Below, in pieces: positions 23,300 to 32,898 of a stretch of 64,000 bases of DNA (position 1 is the stretch's first letter; each line of letters opens with the position of its first letter). Below the pieces are notes generated by a model. It was given only the letters and a program-made list of their open reading frames with translations, made no database searches and was not told the DNA's origin. The position numbers and the translations under genes are program-made. The stretch is from Amycolatopsis vancoresmycina (GTDB lineage: Bacteria > Actinomycetota > Actinomycetes > Mycobacteriales > Pseudonocardiaceae): assembly GCF_000716785.1 (NCBI RefSeq), contig NZ_JNYY01000016.1:179259-243258 (forward strand). Direction: 5' to 3'.

Positions 23300-24193
23300 A
23301 TGACCGGCAACAGTTCTCCGGCGAACAACGTCGAGGGAAATGCCGCGCAGATCCTGCAGGCCCGTGACATCACCGGCGACGTTTACGTCGGCAAGCGGCC
23401 CATGCGGCCGCGGTGGTGGCTGATCGGCGGCCTGGTGGTCCTGCTCGCCGCCGGCACCGGCGCCGTCGTCTGGCTGCAGCCGTCCGGGCCGGCCGGCCTG
23501 CGCGTGACCGCGGACCTGTCGGCCAACGACGCCGGGCCGTGGGGCTACGCGAGCGAAGACCCGGGGTTTCCCGGTCCCGAGCTGGCCGCCCGGCTCGCCC
23601 GCCCCGGCGCCGTCACCGATTCCGCGCTGGCGCACGACGTCCGGGTTTCCGGCGGCGCGAGCCTGCTGCACCAGGTCATCCGCCTGCACCTCGAGGGCCC
23701 GCGGACCGGGCAGGTCGTCGTCACCGACATCCGGGCGGTGATCCGCAAGCGGCGGCCGCCGTTGAGCGGCAGCCTCGTGTGGTCACCGCCGCAGGGAGCG
23801 GAGGATTCGGCGCAGACGCTGCTCGAACTGGACGACCGGTTCCCCGTCCTGCAGTCGGCCGTGCGCGACGACGTCCACGACCGGAACATCCCGGCGGGTC
23901 CGTACTTCCCGACGCACACGATCAAGCTCACCGGTGGCGAAACCAGCGAGGTGATCGTGACCGCGTCGGCGGCCAAGGGCGCCTACGAGTACGCCCTCGC
24001 CGTGTTCTCCCAGTCCGGGACGGAGATCAAGCAGACGATCGTCGACGACGGCGGGGAGCCGTTCCGCGTGAGCGGATTCCCCTGCAGCGGCCGGGGGCAG
24101 GCGGCGTACCGCACCTTGTACTTCGGCCAGGCCGACACCACCGTCTCCCGCCAGCCGGATCCGCAGCACTTCGACGGTGTGAGCGAATGCTGA
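23300..24193 (+). CDS. Membrane-anchored hypothetical protein
   Basis: It has an N-terminal cytoplasmic tail, then a TM helix (RWWLIGGLVVLLAAGTGAVVWL), and a large extracytoplasmic domain. Its stop overlaps the next start (ATGCTGA). Confidence 0.5.
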   Translation: MTGNSSPANNVEGNAAQILQARDITGDVYVGKRPMRPRWWLIGGLVVLLAAGTGAVVWLQPSGPAGLRVTADLSANDAGPWGYASEDPGFPGPELAARLARPGAVTDSALAHDVRVSGGASLLHQVIRLHLEGPRTGQVVVTDIRAVIRKRRPPLSGSLVWSPPQGAEDSAQTLLELDDRFPVLQSAVRDDVHDRNIPAGPYFPTHTIKLTGGETSEVIVTASAAKGAYEYALAVFSQSGTEIKQTIVDDGGEPFRVSGFPCSGRGQAAYRTLYFGQADTTVSRQPDPQHFDGVSEC

Positions 24194-24702
24194 TCAGGGG
24201 AGGCTCCGTGCGGAGAAGAACCCGGTGGCTCGTCGCCGGTGCGGTGCTTTTGCTCCTGCTCGGCGGCACCGGCTGGCTGGCGTACCGTGGGAACGATCCG
24301 GAAGCTGCTTTACCGCCACCGGACGAGCCGGTGTGCGGGGCGATCAGGATGGTCGACCGGACTGGCCGCCCCATAGCCGAACAGCTCGTGGTCCCCGTCG
24401 CCGCCGTCCACGACGCAGCCTGCCACCGTGACTACGAAGCGCTGTCCGAGTGGATGGAGAACCCGTCCGGCACCCGCATGGCCGAGCTCCGGGCGAACGA
24501 CGGCGCCCCGCTGACGATCCTCGCGCAGACCCTCGAAGGCGCCGCGATCACCGATCAGGGCGGTCTGACCTACTGCCACCCCCATGGCGCGATCGCGGTC
24601 TTCTCCCGCGGAACCCCAGCCCACCAGGGCCAGCTGACCGTTTTCACCCTCACCGGCGACAACCCCATGTCAGCAGCCTGCTACGACGCCAGCCCCCGGT
24701 AG
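24187..24702 (+). CDS. Membrane-anchored hypothetical protein, a paralogous architecture to the previous gene
   Basis: The ATG is at 24187 and it has a TM helix (RWLVAGAVLLLLLGGTGWLAY). It is translationally coupled to the 23300-24193 gene. Confidence 0.5.
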   Translation: MLIRGGSVRRRTRWLVAGAVLLLLLGGTGWLAYRGNDPEAALPPPDEPVCGAIRMVDRTGRPIAEQLVVPVAAVHDAACHRDYEALSEWMENPSGTRMAELRANDGAPLTILAQTLEGAAITDQGGLTYCHPHGAIAVFSRGTPAHQGQLTVFTLTGDNPMSAACYDASPR

Positions 24703-25214
24703 ACCGGGACCGAGACCCGCCGGGCGGGCCCGGTCCACGGCGTGCGCCCCCACGGCTTGGCGACCGAAAGCCACGTCATGAACAGGAAAGCCACGAGGTT
24801 GAGCGCCGCACCGTAGGCCAACGGACCGGCGGCCGGGCTCTCCAGCCCGCCGGCGGCCCGGTTCTCCTCCACCCAGACACCGAGGCCGAACGTGCTGTAC
24901 CCGATCACCGCCACCGTGAGCACCAGCTTCACCAGCACCCACCAGTAGCGGGCGACGCCCCACTTCGTGACCACGCACAGCACGAGACCGCCGGCGAGAC
25001 TGGCGAACGCCGCCGGGATCACCACGAAGTCGTCGATCTTCTCGATCATCAGGTAGCACACGATCCGCACGTCCGGCCGGTCCGTGTAGCCGGCCGTCAT
25101 GGCCAGGACGACGTTCGCGGCGCCGGCCCCCAGCCAGCCGACCGACACGGCCACGTGGACGAAGACCAGCAGCTGCCGCAGGCGCTTGCCCGCGGTCCAC
25201 CCCCGCAGCACCAT
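24681..25214 (-). CDS. Integral membrane protein (4 TM helices), hypothetical
   Basis: It is hydrophobic throughout and lies immediately downstream of tspO (stop 25225), so the two form an operon. Confidence 0.5.
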   Translation of the reverse strand: MVLRGWTAGKRLRQLLVFVHVAVSVGWLGAGAANVVLAMTAGYTDRPDVRIVCYLMIEKIDDFVVIPAAFASLAGGLVLCVVTKWGVARYWWVLVKLVLTVAVIGYSTFGLGVWVEENRAAGGLESPAAGPLAYGAALNLVAFLFMTWLSVAKPWGRTPWTGPARRVSVPVYRGLAS

Positions 25215-25224
25215 CAGCGTCCCC

Positions 25225-25694
25225 TCACGGGTTGAGCACGACGATCGCCGCGTTGAGCGCCGTGGCGAACAGGGTCCAGGCCAGGTACGGCAGCTGCAGC
25301 GCGGCGGCCGCCGCCGAGCGCCGCCGGAACACCACCAGCGTTCCGGCGACCACCACGTCGAGGACGACGATCTCCACCAGCGCCAGGGTGTACGCGCCGG
25401 CCGCGAAGAACAACGGCGTCCACGCCGCGTTGAGCACCAGCCCGGCCGCGTACCAGGCGAATTCGCGGCGGGTGCCCGAAGCGCGCCAGAACAACCAGCC
25501 CGACACCGCGATCAGCACGTACAGCACCGTCCACACCGGACCGAACAGCCAGGACGGCGGCGCCCAGCCCGGCTGCACGAGTCCGTTGTAGACAGTGCGG
25601 GACTGCGTCGCGGCCAGGCTGCCGACGACGGCCACCACGGCGACCGCGGCGAGGAAACCGGCCAGGGCCAGCGGGGACCGGGCGGATCGGGGCA
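25225..25694 (-). CDS. tspO: TspO/MBR tryptophan-rich sensory protein
   Basis: The ATG is at 25694 (MTTLPRSARSPLALAGFLAAV). It has five TM helices rich in Trp, Tyr and Pro (WAPPSWLFGPVWTVLYVLIAVSGW, LNAAWTPLFF), about 155 aa. Confidence 0.8.
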
Positions 25695-25700
25695 GCGTCG

Positions 25701-27071
25701 TCATGCCGGGTCTCCCGCGGTCGAACCGATCAGCCCGGTGGCGGGGGCGGCCGCGGTGCCGAGCAGGTGCGCGAGCGCGTCCGCCAGCCGCGGGTGGCGG
25801 AACTCGTGACCGGCGTCGAGTAGCCGCCGTGGCTCGACCCGCTGGTCGGCGAACGCGAGTTCCCGGGCGCCGTCGGCACCGAGCAGCAGCCGCGGGCCGA
25901 ACGCGGGCACCTTCAGCAGCGTCGGCCGGTTCAGCACCTTGCCGAGGACCCGGGTGTATTCGGCGTTGCGCACCGGCTCCGGGCTCACCGCGTTGACCGC
26001 ACCGGACAGGCCCGGATCGGTCACCGCGCGCAGGTAGACGTCGGCCAGGTCGTCGATGCCGATCCACGGCATCCACTGCCGCCCGCTGCCGAGCGGGCCG
26101 CCCAGCCCGGCGGCGAACAGCGGGTACTGCAGGCGCAACAGGCCGCCGCGCGGGCTGAGCACCAGCCCGGTGCGCACCCGCACCACCCGGTGCCCCGCCA
26201 CCAGGGCCGGTTCCGTCGCCGCCTCCCATTCGGCGACCACGTCGGCGAGGAACCCGGTGCCCCGCTCGCTTTCCTCGGTGAGAACCACATCGCCGCGGTC
26301 GGGCCCGTAGTAGCCGACCGCGGACGCCGAGACGAACACCTTGGGCCCGCCGGCGGTCCGCGCGGCCAGTGCGGCGAGCGCCCGCGTCGGCGCGATGCGG
26401 CTTTCGCGCACGGCCCGCCGGTGCCGCTCGTCGAACCGCCCGGCCACCGAGGCGCCGGCGAGGTGCACCACGGCGTCGACGCCGTCGAGCAGGTCCGCGG
26501 CGGGGTCATCCGGCTGCCACTCCCGCTCGCCGTCCGCCGCGACGGGCCGCCGCACCAGCCGGACGACCTGGTGGCCGCCGGTGGTCAGCAGGGCCGTCAG
26601 CGCGGTCCCGACGAGCCCGCTCGCCCCGGTCACCGCCACGGTCAGCGGCTCGTGCCGGTACCGCCGGTGCGCGGCCAGGTCGGCGGCCAGCTGCCGGTGC
26701 CGGTAGGCGAACATGGCCCGCAGGAAGGCCTCCGGAACCGGCGTGTCGACCTGATCGGTGACGGCCGTCCGGTCGGGCCCGGCCGCCTCGAAGCGGTGCG
26801 TGTGCCGCCACCGCAGCAGCGGGCTGGCCAGCCGGTCGACGAACTGCCGCGGGGGCGCGTAGCCGGCCGCGTCGTGGGCGGCCACCCACGGAAGCCCGCC
26901 GGGCAGCAGGAGTTTCGCGGTGCCGTCGCGCAGGGAACCGGCTTCGGCCCCGACTCGCACGGGCTGCCACGGCGGGGTCAGCCTGGTGATCGCGCCGGGC
27001 CGGGCGTGCCAGGCGAAGACGTCGTCGACCGCCGACCGGACGACCGACCGGAACACCTTGACCACAGCCAC
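25701..27071 (-). CDS. SRPBCC-domain plus TIGR01777 (YfcH-like, SDR39U1) NAD-dependent epimerase-family fusion protein
   Basis: It has an N-terminal SRPBCC-like region of about 140 aa, then a Rossmann motif VAVTGASGLVGTAL and a C-terminal DUF1731-like tail (AFADQRVEPRRLLDAGHEFRHP). Confidence 0.75.
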   Translation of the reverse strand: MAVVKVFRSVVRSAVDDVFAWHARPGAITRLTPPWQPVRVGAEAGSLRDGTAKLLLPGGLPWVAAHDAAGYAPPRQFVDRLASPLLRWRHTHRFEAAGPDRTAVTDQVDTPVPEAFLRAMFAYRHRQLAADLAAHRRYRHEPLTVAVTGASGLVGTALTALLTTGGHQVVRLVRRPVAADGEREWQPDDPAADLLDGVDAVVHLAGASVAGRFDERHRRAVRESRIAPTRALAALAARTAGGPKVFVSASAVGYYGPDRGDVVLTEESERGTGFLADVVAEWEAATEPALVAGHRVVRVRTGLVLSPRGGLLRLQYPLFAAGLGGPLGSGRQWMPWIGIDDLADVYLRAVTDPGLSGAVNAVSPEPVRNAEYTRVLGKVLNRPTLLKVPAFGPRLLLGADGARELAFADQRVEPRRLLDAGHEFRHPRLADALAHLLGTAAAPATGLIGSTAGDPA

Positions 27072-27168
27072 CCCTCGATGCGCAGACGCTGCAATGCACC
27101 GAATCCTAGGACGAATTCGGTCAGTTCGCCCGGCGAAGTGTGGTAATGCGATGCAGATTCGATGCAGT

Positions 27169-29157
27169 TCAGCCTTCGGTTCGCTGGGTGACGATCGTGG
27201 TCGGGGTCAGCTGCGCGGGCCGGCCGGCCATCGCCGCGGTCACCGCACCGACGCTGACGTCGAGCGCGAACGCCCAGCTGAACACCACGAGGATGTCGCC
27301 GAGTGTGCCGGTCCAGGCCGGTTCGAGCCAGCGGTAGGCGGCGAGCGACAGGACAACGGCGAGCACCGCGAAGCGCGCCAGGCCCACGGCCCAGCGAACG
27401 CCGGTGACGAGGACCTGACGCCGGCCCAGGGAGACCCGCGATCGCGCCACCGCGCGCCGCGCCGGGACGTGCAGCGCGGGCCGTGCCGGCGTCCCGGTGA
27501 AACCGGCGGCCGCCTCTGCGTCCGCTGACCGGCCGAGCTCGGTCACCCCCAGCTCCAGCAGTGCGGGAAGCTGAGCGGCGGCCGCGGAAAGGGGCAGGGA
27601 TCCGGCCAGCGCCGCGCGGACAGCGGCCGCGGCGGCCGCGCCCGGTGTGCGCTTGGCTTCCGGGAGGGCGGCGGCGAACACCTCGACGGCCTGCCCGAGC
27701 CGGTCGACGAGCTCGGCTTGCGCGTGCGCGGCGCCGTACGCGGCGGTCACCACAGCGGCGGACGAGGCGTCGGACGCGGGAGCGGTCAGCGCCGCCAGCT
27801 GACGAGCCCGGCCGGCGACCGGGCCGAACACGGGAGCGGGCCGGGCGGTGAGGACCTGCGCGAGCTGTCCTGCGCCCTCGGTGATTTCGTCCTGGTACTG
27901 GCGCGCGCTCCCGGCGATCAGGCCGACGTCCGTCTCGAGTTCGTCGAGCGCGGTCCGCGCACGGGAGAGGTTTCCGCGGTCCAGCAGCCCGTCGAGCTCG
28001 TCGAGGCGCTTCCGCGCCTTGGCCAGGAGGCCGGCCCACGGCACGGGTCCGGGCACCGGCCGATCCGGGCGCACCACCTTTTCGAGCTCGGGCAGGGCCG
28101 AGGCGACCTCCGCCAGTCCGGTGTCGAGTTCCTCGAGCGCGGTGTTGGCTCGGGTTTCGGCCTCGGTGACGAGGGTGTCCAGTTCTGCCGCCGGGCGCAG
28201 CAGCCACCGGCGGGACTTCGCGTCGAGGTCGGTGAGCAGGGCGCCGATTTCCCGGCGGAAGTGGTCGTCCTCCCGGCCGGCGGTCAGCTCTGCGAGCCGG
28301 GCGGCGAGCTCGGTGGCGCGGCCGGCGGCCGCGGCGCGGTCCTGCACGGCCACCAGGATCCGGCGGACGGACACCCCGGCGAACAGCCCCAGCAGGGCGA
28401 ACACCACGATCAGCGCCGGATCGCGCCGGGTGGTCACCCGGAACTGCACGGTCAGCGGCCGGGCCAGCTGCGCGGAGTCGAGCTGCACGGTGCGGGTCAC
28501 GGTCCCCAGCGGTGGCGTGCCGGTGATCCGGTACGGCAGCGTGAGCGCGGCCGGGCCGGTCACGGGCATGGCCGGGCCGGTGACCACGACCTGGTCGGCG
28601 CTGCTGTCCAGCCCGGTCACGAGGAGCTCGGTGATCCGCGTGTCGGGCCCGGCCCCGACGTGCAGTTCGGGCAGCTCCTCGCGGGTACCGCCGATGCCCC
28701 ACTCCGGGAACCACACGGTGCGCTTGACCTCGATCGCCGCCGTGGCCTGCAGATCGGCTCCTGGCCGCTTGAAGACGACGTCGACGAGTTCCGAACGCCC
28801 GCCGTCACCGACGGCGACCGTCGCCGTGTAGTCGCCGACGCGCTTCAGATCGTCGACGCGCACGTCGAAGCGCAGCGCCGGCACGGCGGGCTCGATCCGC
28901 ACGCCGATCGCCTGCATCGTCTCCGCCGGAACGGGCCTGCCGTCCCGCACGACCCGGACGACCCGGGCGGTGAGTCCCGTGACGGCGACCCCGGGTGCCG
29001 GGGTGAGCGGCAGCAGCACGACCGCATCGGCTTCGGCAGGCAGCGTCGCCGACGCCCCGGACGACAGCTCCACCAGGTCGTCCGCGCTCGCCGGGCCGGC
29101 CGCGAGCACCACGGCACCGATCGCGAACGCACCGGCGAGCAGGATCGACCGCCTCAT
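27169..29157 (-). CDS. Signal-peptide protein with an extracytoplasmic beta-rich domain, a TM helix, a long cytoplasmic coiled coil and two C-terminal TM helices (662 aa)
   Basis: The ATG at 29157 is preceded by GGAGG and overlaps the CHAT gene stop (ATGA). The signal peptide is MRRSILLAGAFAIGAVVLAAGPASA and the TM helix is ALIVVFALLGLFAGVSV. The coiled-coil region of about 330 aa is rich in Ala, Leu, Glu and Arg. The upstream part of the track ORF (to 29940) is junk. Confidence 0.6.
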   Translation of the reverse strand: MRRSILLAGAFAIGAVVLAAGPASADDLVELSSGASATLPAEADAVVLLPLTPAPGVAVTGLTARVVRVVRDGRPVPAETMQAIGVRIEPAVPALRFDVRVDDLKRVGDYTATVAVGDGGRSELVDVVFKRPGADLQATAAIEVKRTVWFPEWGIGGTREELPELHVGAGPDTRITELLVTGLDSSADQVVVTGPAMPVTGPAALTLPYRITGTPPLGTVTRTVQLDSAQLARPLTVQFRVTTRRDPALIVVFALLGLFAGVSVRRILVAVQDRAAAAGRATELAARLAELTAGREDDHFRREIGALLTDLDAKSRRWLLRPAAELDTLVTEAETRANTALEELDTGLAEVASALPELEKVVRPDRPVPGPVPWAGLLAKARKRLDELDGLLDRGNLSRARTALDELETDVGLIAGSARQYQDEITEGAGQLAQVLTARPAPVFGPVAGRARQLAALTAPASDASSAAVVTAAYGAAHAQAELVDRLGQAVEVFAAALPEAKRTPGAAAAAAVRAALAGSLPLSAAAAQLPALLELGVTELGRSADAEAAAGFTGTPARPALHVPARRAVARSRVSLGRRQVLVTGVRWAVGLARFAVLAVVLSLAAYRWLEPAWTGTLGDILVVFSWAFALDVSVGAVTAAMAGRPAQLTPTTIVTQRTEG

Positions 29158-31001
29158 GAGGCCTCCAGGACGACGTCGGCCGAGCCGAAGGCGACGAACG
29201 CCAGCGCCGGCACCTGTTTCTCCGCGAGGAGGTGCTGCCGGGCCGCCTGCATGGCCGCTCCGACGCTGGCCCCGCTCCCGGCGAGCGTGGCGACCAGGCA
29301 CCGGGCGAACTGGCGGGCGTGATCGGTCATGATCACGCATTCGGTCGCGACCACCCCGCTGGCCCCGACCGCGGTCAGCGCCGAGACGTGGTTGGTGAGG
29401 TTGCCGGGAAGCAGCACGCCCGAGCCGCAGGCCAGCAGCAGGATCAGCGGCGACGGCGCGGTCCACGACCCGGAGACGACCCGCTGTTCGGTGATCATCC
29501 GCGGGGTCAGCCGGATTTCGGCGGTGCCGCAGTCGATCTCCTGCGTGTCCGCGTCGTGGTGACCGAGGATGGTGACGACGGGCGCGCGGTCCCCCGGGTC
29601 CCACAGCAGGGACAGCAGCCGGTGTTCCTTCCCGAGTTTCCGCGGCGCACCGATCGCGGCCAGGTCCGAGACCAGGCCGGTCACCTCGGCGTCGACGACG
29701 CCCAGCGCGAGGTCGACCTTGAGCTTGCCGCGGTGGGGTACGAGGTGGCGGGCGAGGTCGCCGGACCCGTCGAGGCGTTCCTCGACCTGGTGGCGCACGC
29801 CCCAGAAGCCGCGGGCGCAGATCACCCGGCTTTCGCGGTGGTGGCCGCACCGCTTCCCCGAGCCGGGCGGGTCGAATCCCCAGCACACGGGTCCTTCCGG
29901 AGGGCCCGCCGGCAGGAGCCAGTCGTACAGCAGGGTCCACGGCACGGAGTGGTGCCGCTCCGCGCGGGTGATCTGGATGATCTCGTCGGATCGGAGGGTC
30001 AGCTCGCGAAGCGGCTCCCCCGCCGCACCGGGCAGTTCGCCGAACAGCGCCGCCCAGACCGCCCAGCCGCCCTCGGCGAGGGCGCGCAGGGCCGCGTCCG
30101 GCCCGAGCGTTCCCCGGGCCGCGTCCGTCATCGTGTCGCGCAGCGCGGGGAGGACCCTCGTCCGCACGTCGTCGTTCACCGGGAAGTGGAACACGGTTCC
30201 GGTGGACTTGACGAACACCCGGTGCCGGCCGTCACCGGCGTCCGCGTTGACGACCAGCGAAACGTACCGCGGCCGGAAGTCGGCCACATTGGCCCACGCC
30301 GTCGTCGCGGAGTACTCCAGCCGGGCCGCGGTCACCTCTTCGTCGAACCACTGCTCCCGTTCCCCGACCCGGGCGACCAGCCGGTAGGTCTGGATCAGGT
30401 TGTCCCGGTGCAGGACGTTGACCCGCACCCACGCCTCGCCGGGCTCGGCGGGTGCGCGCAGCTCGAAGACGACGGTCTCGGACGGCCCGGCCGGGGGCAG
30501 CCGCAGCGGCCGCACCGGCGGACCGTCCACGGTGAACCCGCCGGTGTAGATCACCACTTCCAGTTCGTGCCCCGACGCGGAATCCGGCAGCAGCGGGTCG
30601 ATGCCCGGTTGCGGCCCGCGTACCACCGACCACGGCGACCGGCCGCCGATCCGCGCGTCCAGCAGGTACTGCCCGCCTGCCTGCAGCGCGCACCGGTCGC
30701 CGACGAAGGGCGTCTTTTCGGCCGCCTCGATGCCGGCACCGCGGCGGAGGGTCAGGTCGAAGACCCGCGGCGGGTCCGGAAAGATGTACTTCCAATCGAA
30801 TTCGATTCTGTTGTACCGCGCCCGCGGGAAATCCCTCCGGAGCAGCACATCCGCGCTCAGCAGCCCGACGACCGCGGGCAGCGCAGCCAGCACCAGCAGC
30901 CACACGAGTTGCGCCCGGCCCGCTTCGACCAGGACGGCGGCAAGGACGAAGGCCAGCGTCGTCACGACAGCGACCAAGGCCTGCAGCCAGCGGATGCGCA
31001 C
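29154..31001 (-). CDS. Membrane-anchored CHAT-domain (caspase-like, clan CD) peptidase
   Basis: The N-terminus has 2 TM helices (LQALVAVVTTLAFVLAAVLV, LVWLLVLAALPAVVGLLSA). The C-terminal CHAT domain has a catalytic His in ILGHHDAD and a Cys in LILLLACGSGV. It is followed by the typical CHAT tail ALTAVGASGVVATECVIMTDHARQFARCLVATLAGSGASVGAAMQAARQHL. Confidence 0.75.
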   Translation of the reverse strand: MRIRWLQALVAVVTTLAFVLAAVLVEAGRAQLVWLLVLAALPAVVGLLSADVLLRRDFPRARYNRIEFDWKYIFPDPPRVFDLTLRRGAGIEAAEKTPFVGDRCALQAGGQYLLDARIGGRSPWSVVRGPQPGIDPLLPDSASGHELEVVIYTGGFTVDGPPVRPLRLPPAGPSETVVFELRAPAEPGEAWVRVNVLHRDNLIQTYRLVARVGEREQWFDEEVTAARLEYSATTAWANVADFRPRYVSLVVNADAGDGRHRVFVKSTGTVFHFPVNDDVRTRVLPALRDTMTDAARGTLGPDAALRALAEGGWAVWAALFGELPGAAGEPLRELTLRSDEIIQITRAERHHSVPWTLLYDWLLPAGPPEGPVCWGFDPPGSGKRCGHHRESRVICARGFWGVRHQVEERLDGSGDLARHLVPHRGKLKVDLALGVVDAEVTGLVSDLAAIGAPRKLGKEHRLLSLLWDPGDRAPVVTILGHHDADTQEIDCGTAEIRLTPRMITEQRVVSGSWTAPSPLILLLACGSGVLLPGNLTNHVSALTAVGASGVVATECVIMTDHARQFARCLVATLAGSGASVGAAMQAARQHLLAEKQVPALAFVAFGSADVVLEAS

Positions 31002-31103
31002 CGCTCCTCACCTCCCGCCACACGCGGTCACAAGGGTGAGTCGCGCGTGCGCCGGACGGCGTAACCGGGTCAGCCTCACACTTCGATCACGAAAGCGGCC
31101 GGC

Positions 31104-32897
31104 CTACTCCCCGGCCACGCCGTCCCCGTTCTCGATCGGCTTGGGCTGGTCCTGCCGGGGCAGCGTCTTGGTGCCGTCCCGCTGGGCTCCCCAGTCCTTG
31201 AGCACGTCCAGGATCTGCGCGGCCGGCATGACCCGGAGCAGGGCGTCGACGCTGTCGCTGCCGCCCCCGCCGCTGATGATCTGCGGGACCTGCGCCTTGG
31301 CGTACTGCGCCAGCACGCGCTCGACCCCGACGTACTCCGGCCCGAGCTGCTCGGCCAGCACCTTCACCTTGACGTACTTCAGCTTCTCGCGTTCCTCCTC
31401 GACCTTCACCCGCATCATCTCGATCTCGGCGAGCACCTTCTCGTTCTTCTTCTCCGCCTCGAGCTCGGCGAGCCGGGCGTTCGCCAGGGCGATCGCCTGT
31501 TCCTGCAGGGACACCCGCTTGCGGCGCTCGTTGATCTCCGGGTCGTCGCACTCGAACTCTTCGAGGTTCGTGCTCGTCGCGATGACCCCGATCGGGGCCA
31601 GCGCCTGCCGCACCTCACCCGTGAGGTCGTTGCAGAGCTCGTTGTACTTGGTGATGAAGTCGAGGATCGTCCGCTCGCCCGAAACCCGCCGGAAGTAACC
31701 GTCCACAGTGGACACCAGGACCTTCTCGACGAGCTGCTTCACGGTGGCCAGCCCGCCGATGTCCTTCGTCGTGCCGAACCGGAGGACCAGCTGCGGGGCC
31801 ACCTCCCGCGGGATCTGCACGGTCTGCTTCATGTCGAGGCGGACCGTGTGACCCTGCACGTTCAGCACGATCTGGTCGAGGGAGGCGTCCAGGTTGTCGT
31901 CGGACTTCTTGTGCTTCGACCACTCCAGGATCAGCTCGCGCGTCGGGATCCGGACGACGTGGGCGAACCAGGGGTTGAGGGAATAGCGCCCGGAGTCGTG
32001 CAGGGTCTCCTGCTGGACGCCCTTCCGGCCGCCGCCGGCCAGGAAGACCCACGGTTCCTGGAAGCTGTGGTGCCCGGGCACCGGCGGCGCCACCGACGAG
32101 CGGTTGCCGGGGCCTTCGACACCCACGTGCGTCACGACGACGCCGGTTTCGGCGACCTCGAGCTTGATGTCGCGCAGGTCCGCGAGGTCGATGCCCTCCC
32201 GCTCGGCCACTTCCGGCGTTTCGACGGTGATGACCTCGAACATCTCGGTGTTGATGTCGTAGTGGCCGCCGGTGAGGATCTGCTGCTGCGGCCCCTGTTC
32301 GCCACCGCCGGCGAGGAAGCTGACACCGTCCCGGAAGAAGTCGCACTCGACGTGCTTGGCCAGCTGGCTGCCGGGCGCCCGGATCCCGCCGACCTTGGCC
32401 TTGACGACGCCGATCGTCCCGTCCGGGACGCGGGTCCGCGGCACGGTGACGACGTCGAACAGCTCGGTGTTGATCTCGTAGGTGCCGCTGGTGAGGACCT
32501 GCTGCTGGGCCCCACGCTCGCCGCCGCCGGCGAGGAACGTGACGCCGTCCCGGAAGTCGTCGCACTCCACGTGTCTCGGCAGGGAGCCCTTCACCCGGCA
32601 GTTCCGGTCGACCTTGGCCTTGACGATGCCGACCATCCCGTCCGGCACGGTGACCCGCGGCACGGTCCGGACTTCGTGCAGGAAAGGCATCAGCCAGGTG
32701 CGGCTGTTGGACCGGAGCGTCCGTGCCTGGACGCCCCTTCCCCCGCCGACGCTCACCGCCGAGTCGTCGTCCCCCTCGGCCCGCCGGCCGAATTTCCGGA
32801 CGACGATCCCGACTTCCCCGGCGGGAACGGTGTGCAGCCCGGCCACCCCGAGGTACCCGGCGGCGGCGAGCAGCACGATGAGAACCACGAATTCCAC
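31104..32897 (-). CDS. SPFH/band-7 (flotillin/YqiK-like) membrane protein with three N-terminal repeats and a C-terminal coiled coil
   Basis: The GTG at 32897 is preceded by GGAG. It has an N-terminal TM helix (EFVVLIVLLAAAGYLGVAGL). There are three repeats of about 75 aa, each containing FLAGGGExGxQQQ. The coiled coil is rich in Glu, Ala and Lys (LQEQAIALANARLAELEAEKKNEKVLAEIEMMRVKVEEEREKLKYVKVKVLAEQ). The start lies 1 nt after the stop of the cyclase-like gene (TGAcGTG). Confidence 0.6.
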   Translation of the reverse strand: MEFVVLIVLLAAAGYLGVAGLHTVPAGEVGIVVRKFGRRAEGDDDSAVSVGGGRGVQARTLRSNSRTWLMPFLHEVRTVPRVTVPDGMVGIVKAKVDRNCRVKGSLPRHVECDDFRDGVTFLAGGGERGAQQQVLTSGTYEINTELFDVVTVPRTRVPDGTIGVVKAKVGGIRAPGSQLAKHVECDFFRDGVSFLAGGGEQGPQQQILTGGHYDINTEMFEVITVETPEVAEREGIDLADLRDIKLEVAETGVVVTHVGVEGPGNRSSVAPPVPGHHSFQEPWVFLAGGGRKGVQQETLHDSGRYSLNPWFAHVVRIPTRELILEWSKHKKSDDNLDASLDQIVLNVQGHTVRLDMKQTVQIPREVAPQLVLRFGTTKDIGGLATVKQLVEKVLVSTVDGYFRRVSGERTILDFITKYNELCNDLTGEVRQALAPIGVIATSTNLEEFECDDPEINERRKRVSLQEQAIALANARLAELEAEKKNEKVLAEIEMMRVKVEEEREKLKYVKVKVLAEQLGPEYVGVERVLAQYAKAQVPQIISGGGGSDSVDALLRVMPAAQILDVLKDWGAQRDGTKTLPRQDQPKPIENGDGVAGE

Positions 32898-32898
32898 G

